This document shows positions 35,741 to 48,110 of a DNA stretch of 64,000 bases, piece by piece. Position 1 is the stretch's first letter. Each line of letters begins with the position of its first letter. The notes under the pieces were generated by a model, which did not search any database, was not told where the DNA came from, and was given only the letters and a program-made list of their open reading frames with translations. The DNA lies in assembly GCA_013239625.1 (NCBI GenBank), contig MU053881.1, positions 3,865,957 to 3,929,956 on the forward strand. Reading direction: 5' to 3'. This stretch comes from Lama guanicoe (lineage: Eukaryota). Made by a program: the position numbers and the translations under genes.

Positions 35741-36164
35741 CCACAGGCTGGCTCTGTGGCCAGCAGGAGAGCACACCCCCTTGTGCGTGGCGAGGAGCGG
35801 AAGGTCTCTGTGGATGGGACACACTGTTGTGACCGTCATCAGTACACAAAGCAGCCGGCTTTGTGCTAGTCAGCTGCCCTCAGCCGGTCTGAAGGACCTC
35901 CTGAATCAAGTCCTCCAGCTCGCCCAGCACTGGGAAGGCTCAGACCAGAAAGAAAATGCAAAGCCCCAAACCAAACCAACAACAACAAGTGAGATCACAG
36001 CTCACAATGCAGCCTCTTTATTTGAGGCAAAGACAGAGCTTCCCCCCTGAATCCGGAGGTGGAGCTGTGGAAGCCCGTCTTGTCTGGAGACACCTGAGGA
36101 CCGAACTGGTCGGCGCCCGCGGGATTCTGGGATTGTTCTTCCCTCCTCGGTGGTGAGCTTCCTG

Positions 36165-36720
36165 TCCCACCCGGTAATTAGTCCTGGCAGCCTCAGATTG
36201 GCTCTTTGGTTTTCATAATTCATTTACTTTTGATGATATCATAAAGGGTGTATAAATTTCATCCCCCTCCCCTAACGTCCTGGCCCCACGCCCACATCCA
36301 CTAATACAAAGACACTAATTGCTCCTCCATCCTGTGCCAGGCGCTTTGAAAACATCTCTGTCTAATGGATGGAATTAACCTTGTTTAACGTACAAATCAG
36401 AAGCCTAATTTGCCATGAATCCCGACTCTGTGGCTCCATGTGCCGTGGCTGGGAGGAAGCGACTGCTCTCTGCCCCAGCCACGCTGGGAAAGGAAACCAG
36501 AGACGCTGGCGTTGGCCACGCCTCCCTCTGGGCTCCCCGCTCCTCCTCCTGCGATGGAAGGATGGGACATCCGAGCTGAGATCTTTTCCTGGGGGAACCT
36601 CCTTGATAAACTGATAGCCCCCTGGGTGTGCTGCCAGGCAGGCTCTCCCAGAGACCACAGACCAGATGAAGATGCTTGAACCACACGGTTTATTAAATGC
36701 GTTTAAAACATACCGTGAGA
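36165..36720. promoter_or_regulatory. Candidate enhancer (TAAT-rich, repeat-free)
   Basis: GGTAATTAG, TTCATAATT, ATCATAAA, CTAATTG, CTAATGG and CCTAATTT clustered in GC-rich surroundings. Confidence 0.4.
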
Positions 36721-37464
36721 AGCCAGAGGAAAGAGCAGAGGTTGGTTAATGCACTCAGGACAGGCTGCAGGGGGTTGCAGGAGGGCACCATCTAAGTCCG
36801 AGGCTATGTGAGGCTTCCATATTCTGTCCCTCTCTGCCTTGTCAGTCTAGCCCGATGATGGTGAGGTTACAAAAACCAGAACTGAGGGTGAGCAAGGGGG
36901 CTCAGTAGATGGAAGGTGCCCGGAGCCAGAACCTGCGTGTTCCTCCAGAGAGCTGCGGGACCAGCCCCTCCCACCACCTCCAGCCCGATCCGGGCCTTAC
37001 CACTGAGCCTACTGGGTCCTGGACTCAGGACACATCTGATCAGAATGAGTGTTACTAACAGTGGACAATTTAAGACCCTGTGAATGCTGAGTGCCCATGG
37101 ATGTTTACTATTTTGATGCTTTTGGGTCCTTTCATCCCGTCCTCCCTGTGTTCACGCACACATGCTGTACTCACTTCACCTGCATCCGGGGCAGCTCACA
37201 GGCTACTTGGTACCTAAACTATTCTTAGTTCCACGCAGCCGCCTCATTCTTTGTTTCTCTTGCTCTCAATAAAGCAGAATTGAGTGTTCTTAAATAACAC
37301 AAGAAACGCACAAAGCAGACCTGAATGTTGAGCTAGAGCTGGCCATGGGAAGGTCTGGAGAGACCATCTAGAAGAGACAGGCATTCTCTATTGACCCAGC
37401 CTGACCCGCAACCCTTCAAGAGTCAGGCCCCCAGCAGCCTGACCGCCTCCACTTGCACTGGTCA

Positions 37465-37640
37465 TGGTAAATAGCAAGGTATGGGGCTCAGATACATCTG
37501 GGTTAGAATCCTGTTTCTGTTGATCACTGTGTGACCTGCGGCAGTAAGTCAGCCTCTCTGAGCCTCTGTTTCTGCAGCAGTAACAGGGACCTGAGAACCC
37601 TGATGCTGGGATTTGAGAAAACACATGTAAACTGGTCCTT
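37465..37640 (+). mobile_element. MIR SINE
   Basis: CTGGGTTAGAATCCTG...CTGTGTGACC...CCTCTCTGAGCCTCTGTTTC. Confidence 0.75.
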
Positions 37641-37704
37641 GTGTTACGTAACTGTCTTTGCCGCCTCCCTCTATACTGTGGTTTTGGAGGCAGGCTCGGT
37701 GTTA

Positions 37705-38420
37705 AGTCATTTAATCAGTTCATTCATTCGCTGAACAAAGGCCTGCTGAGCTCCACATGTGTCACTGTTCGAGGCACTGAGGATGCACCAGTGATCAAAG
37801 CAAAGTCCTGGCCCCCAGAGCTTCCACTCCAGTGGGTAGAGGCAGATAAAAATCCAAGGAGCAAGTAAGTCTATGGTAGGTGGCATGTGATAAGGTTAAA
37901 ACAATGCAGGGGAGAGAGATGTGAGATCGTGCAGGGGGTGGGCTGCTATTTGATCTGGACTAGCCCCTCTGATAAGAGACTATGGGAACTGGGGAAATGG
38001 AGGGAGGGACCCGATGCCTGACTTGGGAAGGAGATTTTCAGACTGAGTTTGTAAAAGCATGTGCAAAGGCCCTGAGTGAGGGGGGTGAGCTCAGGGGGGT
38101 CTGATATCAGCAAGGAGGCAAGGCGGCCAGCTTGGCTGGAGCAGAGGGAGGGGAGAGTTAGATCCTGGAGCGCCTGGAGATGGGAAGGTCCCTGAAGGGT
38201 GACAGTTTGATGTACAATTGAGCAGATTCTCTGGCTGCTGCGGGGAGAAGGGGCGGGAGTAAGGAGAGGAGGTAGGGGATGACCACAGATGACCCAGACT
38301 CCAGGCAGCTCTGGTGGGAGTGGCAGCGGTGAGCCCAGTTAGTATTTATCCCTGCGGTCATGGGGAGGATCACGGGGAACATACAGGGGTAACATGTACT
38401 TGAGGGGTGCGACCTCGGGC
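37705..38420 (-). mobile_element. L2 LINE fragment
   Basis: TTCATTCATTCGCTGAACAAA...GAGCTTCCACTCCAGTGGG...GCATGTGCAAAGGCCCTGAG. Confidence 0.75.
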
Positions 38421-40109
38421 CAGCACAAAGCCTACGTCTGTTAAATGTAATCACCACCCAGCCATCTTGCTCGGACGGAAATCAAACCGAGGGAAACTGA
38501 CTCCTGAAATATCACTCAGCCCCTCAGAGGCAGGTCTCCCGACTGCCCATCACACAGCTTCTTCTGGGGAAAAAATAATCTCCACTTCGCGTCTGACTGA
38601 CTGGGGGTCAGGGCGGCCTTGTGTCTGGTTTCCATGCGAGGAGGGCAAAGTGAATGGGACGTTGACATCCTAATGGCCGTTGGTTGAACAGACGTGCAGG
38701 GGCCCCGCCCCCACCCCCCGTACCCCGCAGACACCGTCTTCAGCAGGTGAAGCCCGTTGCTTTCCAAACATATGGGACCCCCGGGCCGCCTCCAGTGTAA
38801 GGGGAGGCCCCACACGGGCCAGGTCGCCGTGATCCCGATGGCGTGTGGTCCCCTCATTTTCCCCTCCTGTTGAGACTGACCCTGCAGCTCCTCATCCCGG
38901 GCTGGTTGTCCCCATGTTCCCCTGAATTGCCTCTTTCTCTGAAGCAAAACGGAAACAGGGTGACCATGCCAGCGGCCCGTCATCCAGGCTTTAGACCTCA
39001 CCCACAAGTCAGAGGTACGTGCCTCCTGTCTGCTACTTCTGGCCTGACATCACCTTGTTTTGAGGGTGAAATAAACAAAACAGTGCAGGAGAAAACACAG
39101 CAGGCAGGGCCTGGAGTGTGGCCGGTGACTGATCCGAGGTGGCTGTCCACTGAAGGCCTGGCTCTAACACACCCTGTCACAGGGACCCCATCCGTGTTTT
39201 GACCCTGATATTCTACAGAGCTAGAAATGGTGGAGGAAGATGGGAAGGGTCATTTGTCAAGCTGGAAAGTTCTGGAAAGGCATTTGCCACTGGATGGCCT
39301 CACCTCAGGGCTCAGGTTTGGGCCAGCCCCCAGAGGCTGGGGGACTGTTTGAGTCCCGGTGGTCACACCCCTCTTTGTAATACTTCTCTGTGGCTCGGGA
39401 TGGCATTCAGCAACATGGGACTTTGGAATCCTGGCCCGGAGTGACTCGGAGAGCAGCATCTGGGGCGTTTCCCCTGATTCCTGAGACGTACTTAATCCCA
39501 GGCCTCACGGGCCCTCCCACCCAGGGGCCTGACAGGGACACAGCTTGCTGGCCCTGTCACCCCTGATCTCCCCTGGCTGCAGGGCGACCCAAACAGGCTC
39601 ACAGCACGTGGGAGACATTCGGTCACGATTCGCTGACTAGGTGAATGAAGGCTCTCAAAGTGGGCTTAACTTACAGAGACAGATGGGGAAACATCGTAGC
39701 GTAGACTACAGACTTCATAGAAAATCTCTAAATCTGAAATCGCAGCCCGTCCCTCATGCCCGGGTCGGCAGTAAGCACCGAGGGAGAGGGGCTTCTCCAA
39801 CTCTCCATGAGCACTGCCCTTTAACACTGGTCCAAGCCCCTCCTCCACCCTCCTCTCCCCACCACCTCATCGTCCCCTACTGCAAGTTCAAAGTTGCCAG
39901 TGTCAGCGGGGATGTGGGCAGAGGCCCCAGGATGCCTTTGCAGCACTCGCAGGAGCCGGGGGAGCCACCTGGGAAGCAGAGGCCCGGCCGGGGAACTGGC
40001 AAGGGGGAGGCAGACTGGAAAAGGAAGGGGAGCCGATGCAAATCCTGAGCTCGGAGGCACTTGGAATTGACTTGCAAGGCTGGCTGAGCTGGGGCTGAAG
40101 AAGACATGG

Positions 40110-40111
<2 letters not shown>

Positions 40112-40153
<42 letters not shown>
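40112..40153. repeat. (GT)21 microsatellite
   Basis: Perfect dinucleotide run. Confidence 0.97.
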
Positions 40154-40155
<2 letters not shown>

Positions 40156-40409
40156 GGGTCCTGCCTGTACTAACCTGGTGGCCAGGCAGGAGGGGAAAGA
40201 GTGTGGAAATCAGTGGCTGTCATGGCTGGGTTTCCATCCCAGCTCCGCCGCTTGCTGGCTGGGTGGCCTTGGGTAACGTGCCGTCTCTCTCAGACCTTGG
40301 TTATCTCATCTGAATACTCGTGTTCAAGTCTCTACCTTGACGTCAAGGAGATGACACGTCTCTTTAAGACACCGGCTCCTGGGCAGCCTTCCCTGAAGTT
40401 GCAACTGCC

Positions 40410-40560
40410 TTTATTTATGTATTTATGTATTTATTTATTTAAGTGGGAGGAGGTAATTAGGTGTTTATTTATTTATTTAAATAGAGGTACTGAGGATTGA
40501 ACCCAGGATCTCATGCATGCTAAGCACGCATTCTACCACTGAGCTATACCCTACCCCCCT
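40410..40560 (-). mobile_element. Vic-1-like SINE with (TATT)n tail
   Basis: GAGGTACTGAGGATTGAACCCAGGATCTCATGCATGCTAAGC...GAGCTATACCC. Confidence 0.9.
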
Positions 40561-40569
40561 CATTTTTAA

Positions 40570-41255
40570 AACCTGTTTTAACAAAAGACATTTTTTTAAT
40601 AGATTTAGATTTACAGACAAGTTGCAAAGACACGGCAGAGTGTTCGCGTATACGCCACACCCAGTTTCTCTTGTTATTAGCACCCTACGATACAATGCTA
40701 CTTTTGTCACTGTTAACCAACACTAATGCATGATTATTCACCAAAGCCCGCACATTATCCAGATTTCCTTAGTTTTCACCCTAATGAAATCTCCCAGGAT
40801 CCCACCCAGGACACCACGCTAGAGGGAGGCATCGTGTCTCCTTAGGCTCCTCTTGGTGGTGACAGATTCTCACACTTTCCTTATTTACGTCCTCTGGGCA
40901 GTTTTGAGGAGCACTGGTCAGGTGTCGTGTAGAACGTCCTTCAGTGAGGATTAAGCTGACGTTTTTCTCATGGGTATATTGGGATCATGGGTTTTAGGGA
41001 GAAAGACCAAAGAGATCAGTGCCACTCGCGTCACATCGGATCGAGGGTACCTAGTATCGACATGGCTTATCACTCTTGATGTGGACCTCGATCCTCTGGC
41101 GGAGGCAGTGTTTGTCAGCTTCCTCTTCCTCCCCCTGTTTCTGGTCCATCCTCGTTGGAAGGCAGTCACCATGCACAGCTCACATGAAGGGAGTAAGGGG
41201 GTCATGTCCCACCACCTTGAGGGTGGAGTCACTACGTAAAAATTGTTTGGAATCT
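40570..41255 (-). mobile_element. Old LINE-1 3' UTR (L1MC1/2-like)
   Basis: AGATTTACAGACAAGTTGCAAAGA; GTCTCCTTAGGCTCCTCTTGG; TTTTGAGGAGCACTGGTCAGG. Confidence 0.8.
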
Positions 41256-41264
41256 CTCTCTCTC

Positions 41265-41378
41265 TTTTTTTTTTTAGTTTTTAGTTTGTCTGTTTTGGGA
41301 GGGAGATAATTAAGTTTATTTATTTATTTTTAATGCAAGTCCTGGGGATTGAACCCAGGACCTCATGCATGCTAAGCC
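41265..41378 (-). mobile_element. Vic-1-like SINE, 5'-truncated
   Basis: CTGGGGATTGAACCCAGGACCTCATGCATGCTAAGC, then the similarity stops (no A-box). Confidence 0.85.
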
Positions 41379-42030
41379 TTCTTCCCTTAAAACTCAAAGC
41401 CGTAGGCATGGGCATCTGGTTGACTAAAGCTGGCGTCTAAGGACTGACCTCAAGGGTCTTACGATTAAGTGCAGAGAGAACAAATACACACTATTTATGA
41501 TCCTACTCGTTCTCCTAGGAGGTGGTGGGGCCACCACGGGGAAGGAGTGCAGTCCCTGAATGACCATACAGAAGAGAGTCACTCTGCTCTCCTGACCATC
41601 AAGGAAGTGAGCTAAACAGGGGATCTTCTGCAGTGATGCACCGTTATGTGCTGGGGTCTGTTTGTTACAGACACTCAACCTACCCTAACTCTATAAGGAG
41701 CCAGACCACGGGAGACCCTGAAACCAGTGTTAGGAGCCTGTACTCCATGCTGGAGGCAGCGGGAAGCCAGGGGAAGATTCAAGATGGGAAGTCAAAACTG
41801 CAGGCTCAAAATGTGGGCAGAAATAAACTGGTTGGGTCTTGGTCCTTAGGGAAGATGTCAAAGCTGAGGTACTAGGGCTAGGGTCTAAAATCTAAGGAAG
41901 AGCAGAGGTCGGACTGACCTACCGTTTTACGATTTCCTGTAATTTACCTTTCTGGGATGAAGGAAGACCTTTTGGTGGCTCTCAAGTCGCTCAACTACAA
42001 AACCTGATGAGAATAGGGGTGGAAGCCCAG

Positions 42031-42921
42031 TGTGGTAGGATGAAAAGTGGTCCTCCAAAGATATCAGATTCTAATTCCAGAAACTTACAAATGTTACCTT
42101 ATGAAAAAAAGGCATTTCCACAGATGAGATTAAATTAAGGATTCTGAAATACAGAGATGATGTTGGATTATCCAGGTGGGTCCTAAAATCACAAGTGTCC
42201 TTTAAGAGAGAGGCAGAAGGAGATCTGACACACACAGAGGAGGAAACACTATGAAGCTGGAGGCAGAGATGAGAGTGACATGGCCACAGGCCAAAGAATG
42301 CTGGTTTTACCAAAAGCAAGTTCATGTGCCCGCCTTGCCACGAGGCCAAACAAACTGAAATGCTGACGTCTGGAGCAGAGAATGGTTTACTGCTGGGCCG
42401 AGCAAGGAGGACGGGGGGCTCATGCCTAAGAAAACCCCAGCAAAGCATGTCGAAAGTCCAGGTGAGGAGGAGGGAGTCGCAGGTACGTGATCAGCTCACG
42501 CACAATCCTCTGATTGATTGATGTAGAGGTAACAGGGCAATCAACACCATCAACCCTCAGCGCCAGAAGGTCTGGGGGCAATGCGCCCTCGATCATCAAG
42601 TAGTTAATTTCTTCCCTTTGGTGGTGGTTTTAAGCTTCCGAAAAATACACGAAATATGCATGAGATACTATTATATGGGTGCTTCAGAGAGGAGCTGCAG
42701 CAGAGGACAGGGGGAGGGGTCTGACCCTGGAAAGCCCCCCAAGGATCCCCCTTGGTTACACTGGCAGCCCCCAGAAACTGGAGAGGCAAGAAAAGGATTC
42801 ATTCCTACAGCTCCTGGAGGGTCTTGATTTTGGCCCAGCGTGCTAAATTCCGGCTTCTGGCCTCCATAACTGTGAGAGGATAACTTCCTGTTGTTTTAAG
42901 CAGCAGTGGGAAACCAATACC
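42031..42921 (+). mobile_element. MaLR solo LTR (MLT1C-like), split by an ERV1 LTR
   Basis: TGTGGTAGG start; GGATTATCCAGGTGGGTCCTAA; ends GGAAACCAATAC; 5-bp TSD CCCAG at 42026-42030 and 42922-42926. Confidence 0.85.
42305..42760 (-). mobile_element. ERV1-type solo LTR nested in MLT1C
   Basis: Ends GGTTACA on the + strand (TGTAACC on -); perfect 4-bp TSD CTGG at 42301-42304 and 42761-42764. Confidence 0.85.
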
Positions 42922-43229
42922 CCCAGGAAATTACTACCAGTGAAGGATAAAAGCAGATATGGTAGAAAGAGTGGGTGCTGTGGATAAGGTAGACCTAGAA
43001 TCAAGTGCCCCTGGTAAGACCTTGGGCAGTCGCGTTAACACAGGCCTGGGGAAATATGTGGTACGTGTGCAGTCACTGCCCCTCCCATGGCAAAGCAGAC
43101 ATGACTAGCTGATACCAGCATTCTTTCCCAGATCTGGCTCAGAATACGTTTCAACTCAGGTCTCCGGACAGCCGTCAGAAACAATGGGTGCTTTTCAACT
43201 CAGTGACCATTCCTGTTCTAACACTAAAC

Positions 43230-43630
43230 ACAGTCTATTGGGAACCTACTGTATGCCAGGTATTTTTAAAATAAATACCCTATTTAACTATCCCAGCAAC
43301 CCAAGTGCTTGGTTTGTAGGCAAGGGCAGAGGTCAGGCTGACCTACTAAACTGTGTCTCACGGAGTTGAAGTGCCATTTCCAAAGGCACAAAGCTGAAAA
43401 GTCACAGACATGTCATCCAAAACCAGTCTTTCTGACTCCAAATCCCATTCCACTATGATGCATGATGTATAAACAGTAGCTTGGATTTCGGAGCCTCAGT
43501 TTCCCCTTCTGTAAAATGGGGCTGCTCATCTCCACCTCAAAGAGCATCTGTGGGGACTCAGTGAAATCGCTAGCAAAGGCAGGGAACCCAAGACACTATG
43601 GCTGGCACGGAGCCTGCACTGGGAAATGTT
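43230..43630. mobile_element. Two MIR fragments (- then +)
   Basis: TATTGGGAACCTACTGTATGCCAGG (-) and GAGCCTCAGTTTCCCCTTCTGTAAAATGGGG (+). Confidence 0.7.
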
Positions 43631-44034
43631 AGCACCCCTGGGCCCCTTTGATTGCAGTACAACAGGGAGGGGGCCCCACGAGAGGCCAGGCCACAATCCG
43701 TGCAGCTTAAAGCCCGGGGCTGGCAGGGGTGGGGAATCTCAGCCCACTCCCTGACACACCTCAATCCACAGTTTGGCCTGTCTCCTCTGGAGGAACCACA
43801 CCCAGACTGGAGGAGAAGCAGGGTCAACATGACCAAGGATGGAGCACATGGTAAAGTCAATATAAGCTGTGTGTCCCTGCCCGCTAGGACAGGACAAGGA
43901 ATTATAATGACAAAACCAACAGTCTTAACCAGGATCTAACCAAGGACAAGGAGAGGGGGCCCCAGGAGCTCTGGAGGGGAGCAGCATTCTGCTGTGTTTT
44001 TCTGGACCCCACTGGAACATCTTCTTCCATTTAG

Positions 44035-44240
44035 GGGAGGCAGATTGTATCAGAGGCAAAAGCAGGGGTTTTAGCACTGGACAGACCTATGTTCAAATCC
44101 TGGCCTTTCTAACTATGGGTTGTGTTGTCCTGGATGAGCTTTTTACTTCTCTAAGCCTCAGTTTCCTCATCTGTAAAATGGGCATAAACAAACCCCTACC
44201 TCCCCAAATGCCATCAGGATCAAATAGGTTACTGCAAGAA
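44035..44240 (+). mobile_element. MIR SINE
   Basis: GTTCAAATCCTGGC...CTAAGCCTCAGTTTCCTCATCTGTAAAATGGG. Confidence 0.85.
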
Positions 44241-45991
44241 GAGATACTGATAAATATAAATCCCCCTCATTGTAACTCTTTCCCCAAGTCCAGGCCTGAG
44301 CCTGCCTGCAAAGTACACTGCATCACCCCACCCTCACCCCAAAACCCTGTGGCTAGTTCCAGCAGCAAGTGCAGTGTCCACTGGGAAGCGTGGCATTGCC
44401 CTGGGCAGGCAGAGTGCTGTCCCAGGAAATGGTCTGACTAGTCTGGGCCCTAAGAGCTTCCCTGATGGCTCTCTTTGCGGACCTGGGATGGGAACGGAGT
44501 CAGGCGGACCCTGGTAAACCTAGTCTCCAGCAGAGAAAATGTACACTGCATCTTGTAAGGAAAAAGTGCAGTCACTAGAGAAAAATCTCCCTTTCTATTT
44601 TCGTGTCAACAAGTTCTCTCGGCCCAAGAAAACTATGCTTATGCTGTTCCTTTATCACCATTCATCTTTCAGCAAATAATTACTCTCCCTCCAGGCACCT
44701 TCATCTCAACCTTCTAATTATACTATTGTTGGGTTTGATGTCAACTGAACAATAAATCAAATGTGGAGCAGAATGTCTGATGGAAAATGTGCAGGGGAGT
44801 GAGTCGTGGGGAGCCCAGGGCATTAGGGACGGGCACAGAATGGGGGCTTGCTCTCTCTTTTTCAAAGTTTTGCCTCAGAATGAGGTTCCCTTTTCTCTGT
44901 TAATTGTTAACTTTGGGATAGTGATCTGGGCTGTGGGTGACCCAGATCCTCCTGCCTCTGAAATGGAGGGAAAAATGATTACCATATTTGTCCAATCATT
45001 TTCCTGCAAGGAACCTTGCAAGAATTCAATGAATGCAAATGACTATAAAATACTTGCAAATATATGGATAACAAGCAAAGTCTCCTAAATTTTTTCCTTA
45101 GTGGCAATTAGCTGCCTTCTCTGTGAGAATTTTTGCTGCATTCAAAAGCCAAGTTCCCCATTAAAGAAAGAAAGAGGGCAGTGTTTATTTTAATATTTTG
45201 TTTTGTTTTGTTTTATTTCATTCCATTCTATTTTATTCTATTTTGTGTTACTGAGGGAGGAGAGGTGGGTGGTTCTGGAAGGAGCAGGGCAGGGCCTGGA
45301 TTCTCCAGGCATAGAGGGCTAACCCTCATTTCCATGTCTTCTAGAATGTTCATTTCATTGCGTGCCATCTTGGCCGTGGTGCTTACATCCTAGTGGGAAA
45401 GGCAGGAGGCCCCTCTGATCTGCCACAGCACAACCCGTCCATGGCAAAAGCTTTGGAAGGTGCAGAGGGTATGCAGGGCAGAGGGCGACCACTCTGCATT
45501 CCCCATAGTGTACTTTCTCTAATTTTTTCTAAATCCAAGTCTATGTATGTACTGGGCCAAAGTCCATATGAGTCAGTTGCATCAGCATTTTCAATTTAGT
45601 TTAAATTGGGTACCATGCCCTGTGCCAGCCACAGGGGATGGACAGAGAAGGAGGATACAGCCCTGGCCTCAAGGAACATCCCAGAAATGGGGGAGACAGA
45701 TATGGAAATAGACGATCATGATGTAAGCTGGTGAGTGCCATGTTTGGGGGGTGTGTAAAGGGCATTTAGCAAGAGTAGTAACCGATTGGGAAGCTGTCCT
45801 GGATACTGAATTGACCCTGTGTCCTTCAGCACCAGAAAACAAGGTGACTCAATGCATCAGTAATAGCACTGTCCTTTCTCAACCTACAGTTTATGGAACA
45901 ATGATTACAGGTCAGACACCATGCTGATCACTTTTCTATTAGCTCAATTAGTCCTTACAGAAACCCCATGGGGTAATAAAAATAGGAAAAT

Positions 45992-46917
45992 GACTCAACA
46001 TCATGTCATGAGGAGACTGCAAATTAAAACAACAATAAGATATCACTACACACCTATGAGAATGGCCAAAATCCAGGATTTCGACAACACCAAATGCTGA
46101 CGAGGATATGGAGCCATGGGAACTCTTACACACTTCTGATGTCAATGCAAAATGGTACAGCCACTTTGGAAGGCAATTTGGTGGGTTTTTTTTTTTTTAA
46201 ACAAAAGTAATCACAGTCTTACCATATGATTCAGCAATTACATTCCTTGGTATTTACTCAAATGAATTGAAAACTTATGTCCACACAAAAAGCTACACAT
46301 GGTTATTTATAGCAACTTTATTCACAACAACCCAAACCTGGAAGTAGCCAAGATGCCTTTCACTAAGTGAATGGGGTAAATAAACTATGGTACCTCCAGA
46401 CCATGGAATATTATTCAGCACTAAAAAGAAATGAGCTATCAAGCCATGAAAAGACATGAGGATATTAAAATGCTTTTTATTAAGTGAAAGAAGCTAGTCT
46501 GAAAAGGCTACATACTGAATGACTCCAATGATACGACGTTCTGGAAAAGCAAAACTATGAAGACGGTAAAAAGCTCAGTGGTGCCTGGCAGGAGTTAGGG
46601 GAAGAGGAATGGGGACAGCGCAGAGGGCTTTGAGAGCAGTGAAACTCCTCTGTGTGTGACTATGATGGTGGATACTCTGTTGCATAGGATGAGCAACACC
46701 AAGAGTGAACCATCCTGGAAACTATGGACTCTGGGTGATAATGATGTGTCAATCCTTTTCATCGACGGTAACAAAGGTCCCTTTAGGGTGGGGATGCCCA
46801 GGGCTGAAGGAGACTGTGCATGTTGGAGGGGCAGGAGGTGGATGTAGGGGAAAATCTCTGTACTTTCTGCTCAGTTTTGCTGTAAACCTAAAACTGCTCT
46901 AAAAGAGAAAGTCTATT
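45992..46917 (+). mobile_element. 5'-truncated old LINE-1 (L1MC-like)
   Basis: L1 ORF2 end plus 3' UTR (TGCTGTAAACCTAAAACTGCTCTAAAA); perfect 15-bp TSD TAAAAATAGGAAAAT at 45977-45991 and 46917-46931. Confidence 0.9.
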
Positions 46918-47954
46918 AAAAATAGGAAAATAAGAATATGATTGCCATTCACGGGTACTGTGGCTATGTGGGTTATGGGCTTTGAACTTACTTTAGGACC
47001 TGTGGTTCCCCCTTCCCTACACTACAGAGCCATCAAGACTTTCAAGAATTGAGGAGTCTCATCGGAGGAACCAGGTCCAGCCTTCCAGCTCAGGCTGATT
47101 TGCCTACAGAAGGCAGCTCATTTAGCCACCGTGCTCTTACTTTGAAGTCCAGACGTGGCCATAACCTCATACTTGGTACAGACTGTGGCAGGTCCACACA
47201 ACACTGGAAGAACCACATATTTCATTTGTTCAGCCAGTCACTCGTTAATTCACTGCTTTGGACGGGTGTCTGGATCCCCTCTGCAGGGCCGGATGGGGTG
47301 AACTGGGTATGTTTGCTTTCACCATCTGGAGAAGCAGGCAGCTTGAAATACCTGTTCCACTCGCCTGGGCTCCGGCCGCAGGAAGAGGATCGGATGTGAA
47401 GCACTGGCATTCTAACCAGTCGGCACCATGACTGACCCCTTACACACGCCCTATTGGATCATTTGAAAGCGTGGCAAAGTCTCCTTAATGCAAGAATACC
47501 AGGAAATTAACATACATTAAAAAAACGTATGAGGCAGCGTTTGGCACAGTTGCAAACCAATGAACCATCAGTTCTAAGTGAAGCTTCACATTTGCTCTGA
47601 AGGGCTGGTCCCCCACCGAGCCAGGGCGAGGTGGTGAGGGGGTGAAACTGGGGAAGGAAATTTTCCCCTCTGCCCCCAATACCCAGTCTTGGTCAGAATT
47701 TGCCAGATCGAAGCTATAATTCTCTCTTCATTTTGGCTGCAACCAACTAACTGGCACTATGCTTAGAAGTGGTAAAATCAGCATCGCCTGTGCAGATAGT
47801 TGAATATGCAAACCAGGCCAAGAAGTCAACTTTGAAGCCCATAAGGGGCTCTAATATTCCTTAGATAGTTGTTTACCGTTACTTGAAGTGTTATCATCTC
47901 TCCGCATTTGCCACATCACATAGAGTTTGCTCCCCAGCATCAATATTATGCCCA

Positions 47955-48110
47955 GACCACCCAAGTTTATGTCGGCTCCATCACCTCCTGGCTGTGTGAC
48001 CTGGGGAAAATTACTCAACCTCTCTGGACCTCCATTTCCTCATCTGTATAACTGGGAGAGTAATGATCCTCCTAGGGTGACAGTAAGGATTAAACAATGC
48101 AATAAAGTGG
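47955..48110 (+). mobile_element. MIR SINE
   Basis: GGCTGTGTGACCTGGGGAAAATTACTCAACCTCTCTGGACCTCCATTTCCTCATCTGTA. Confidence 0.85.
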
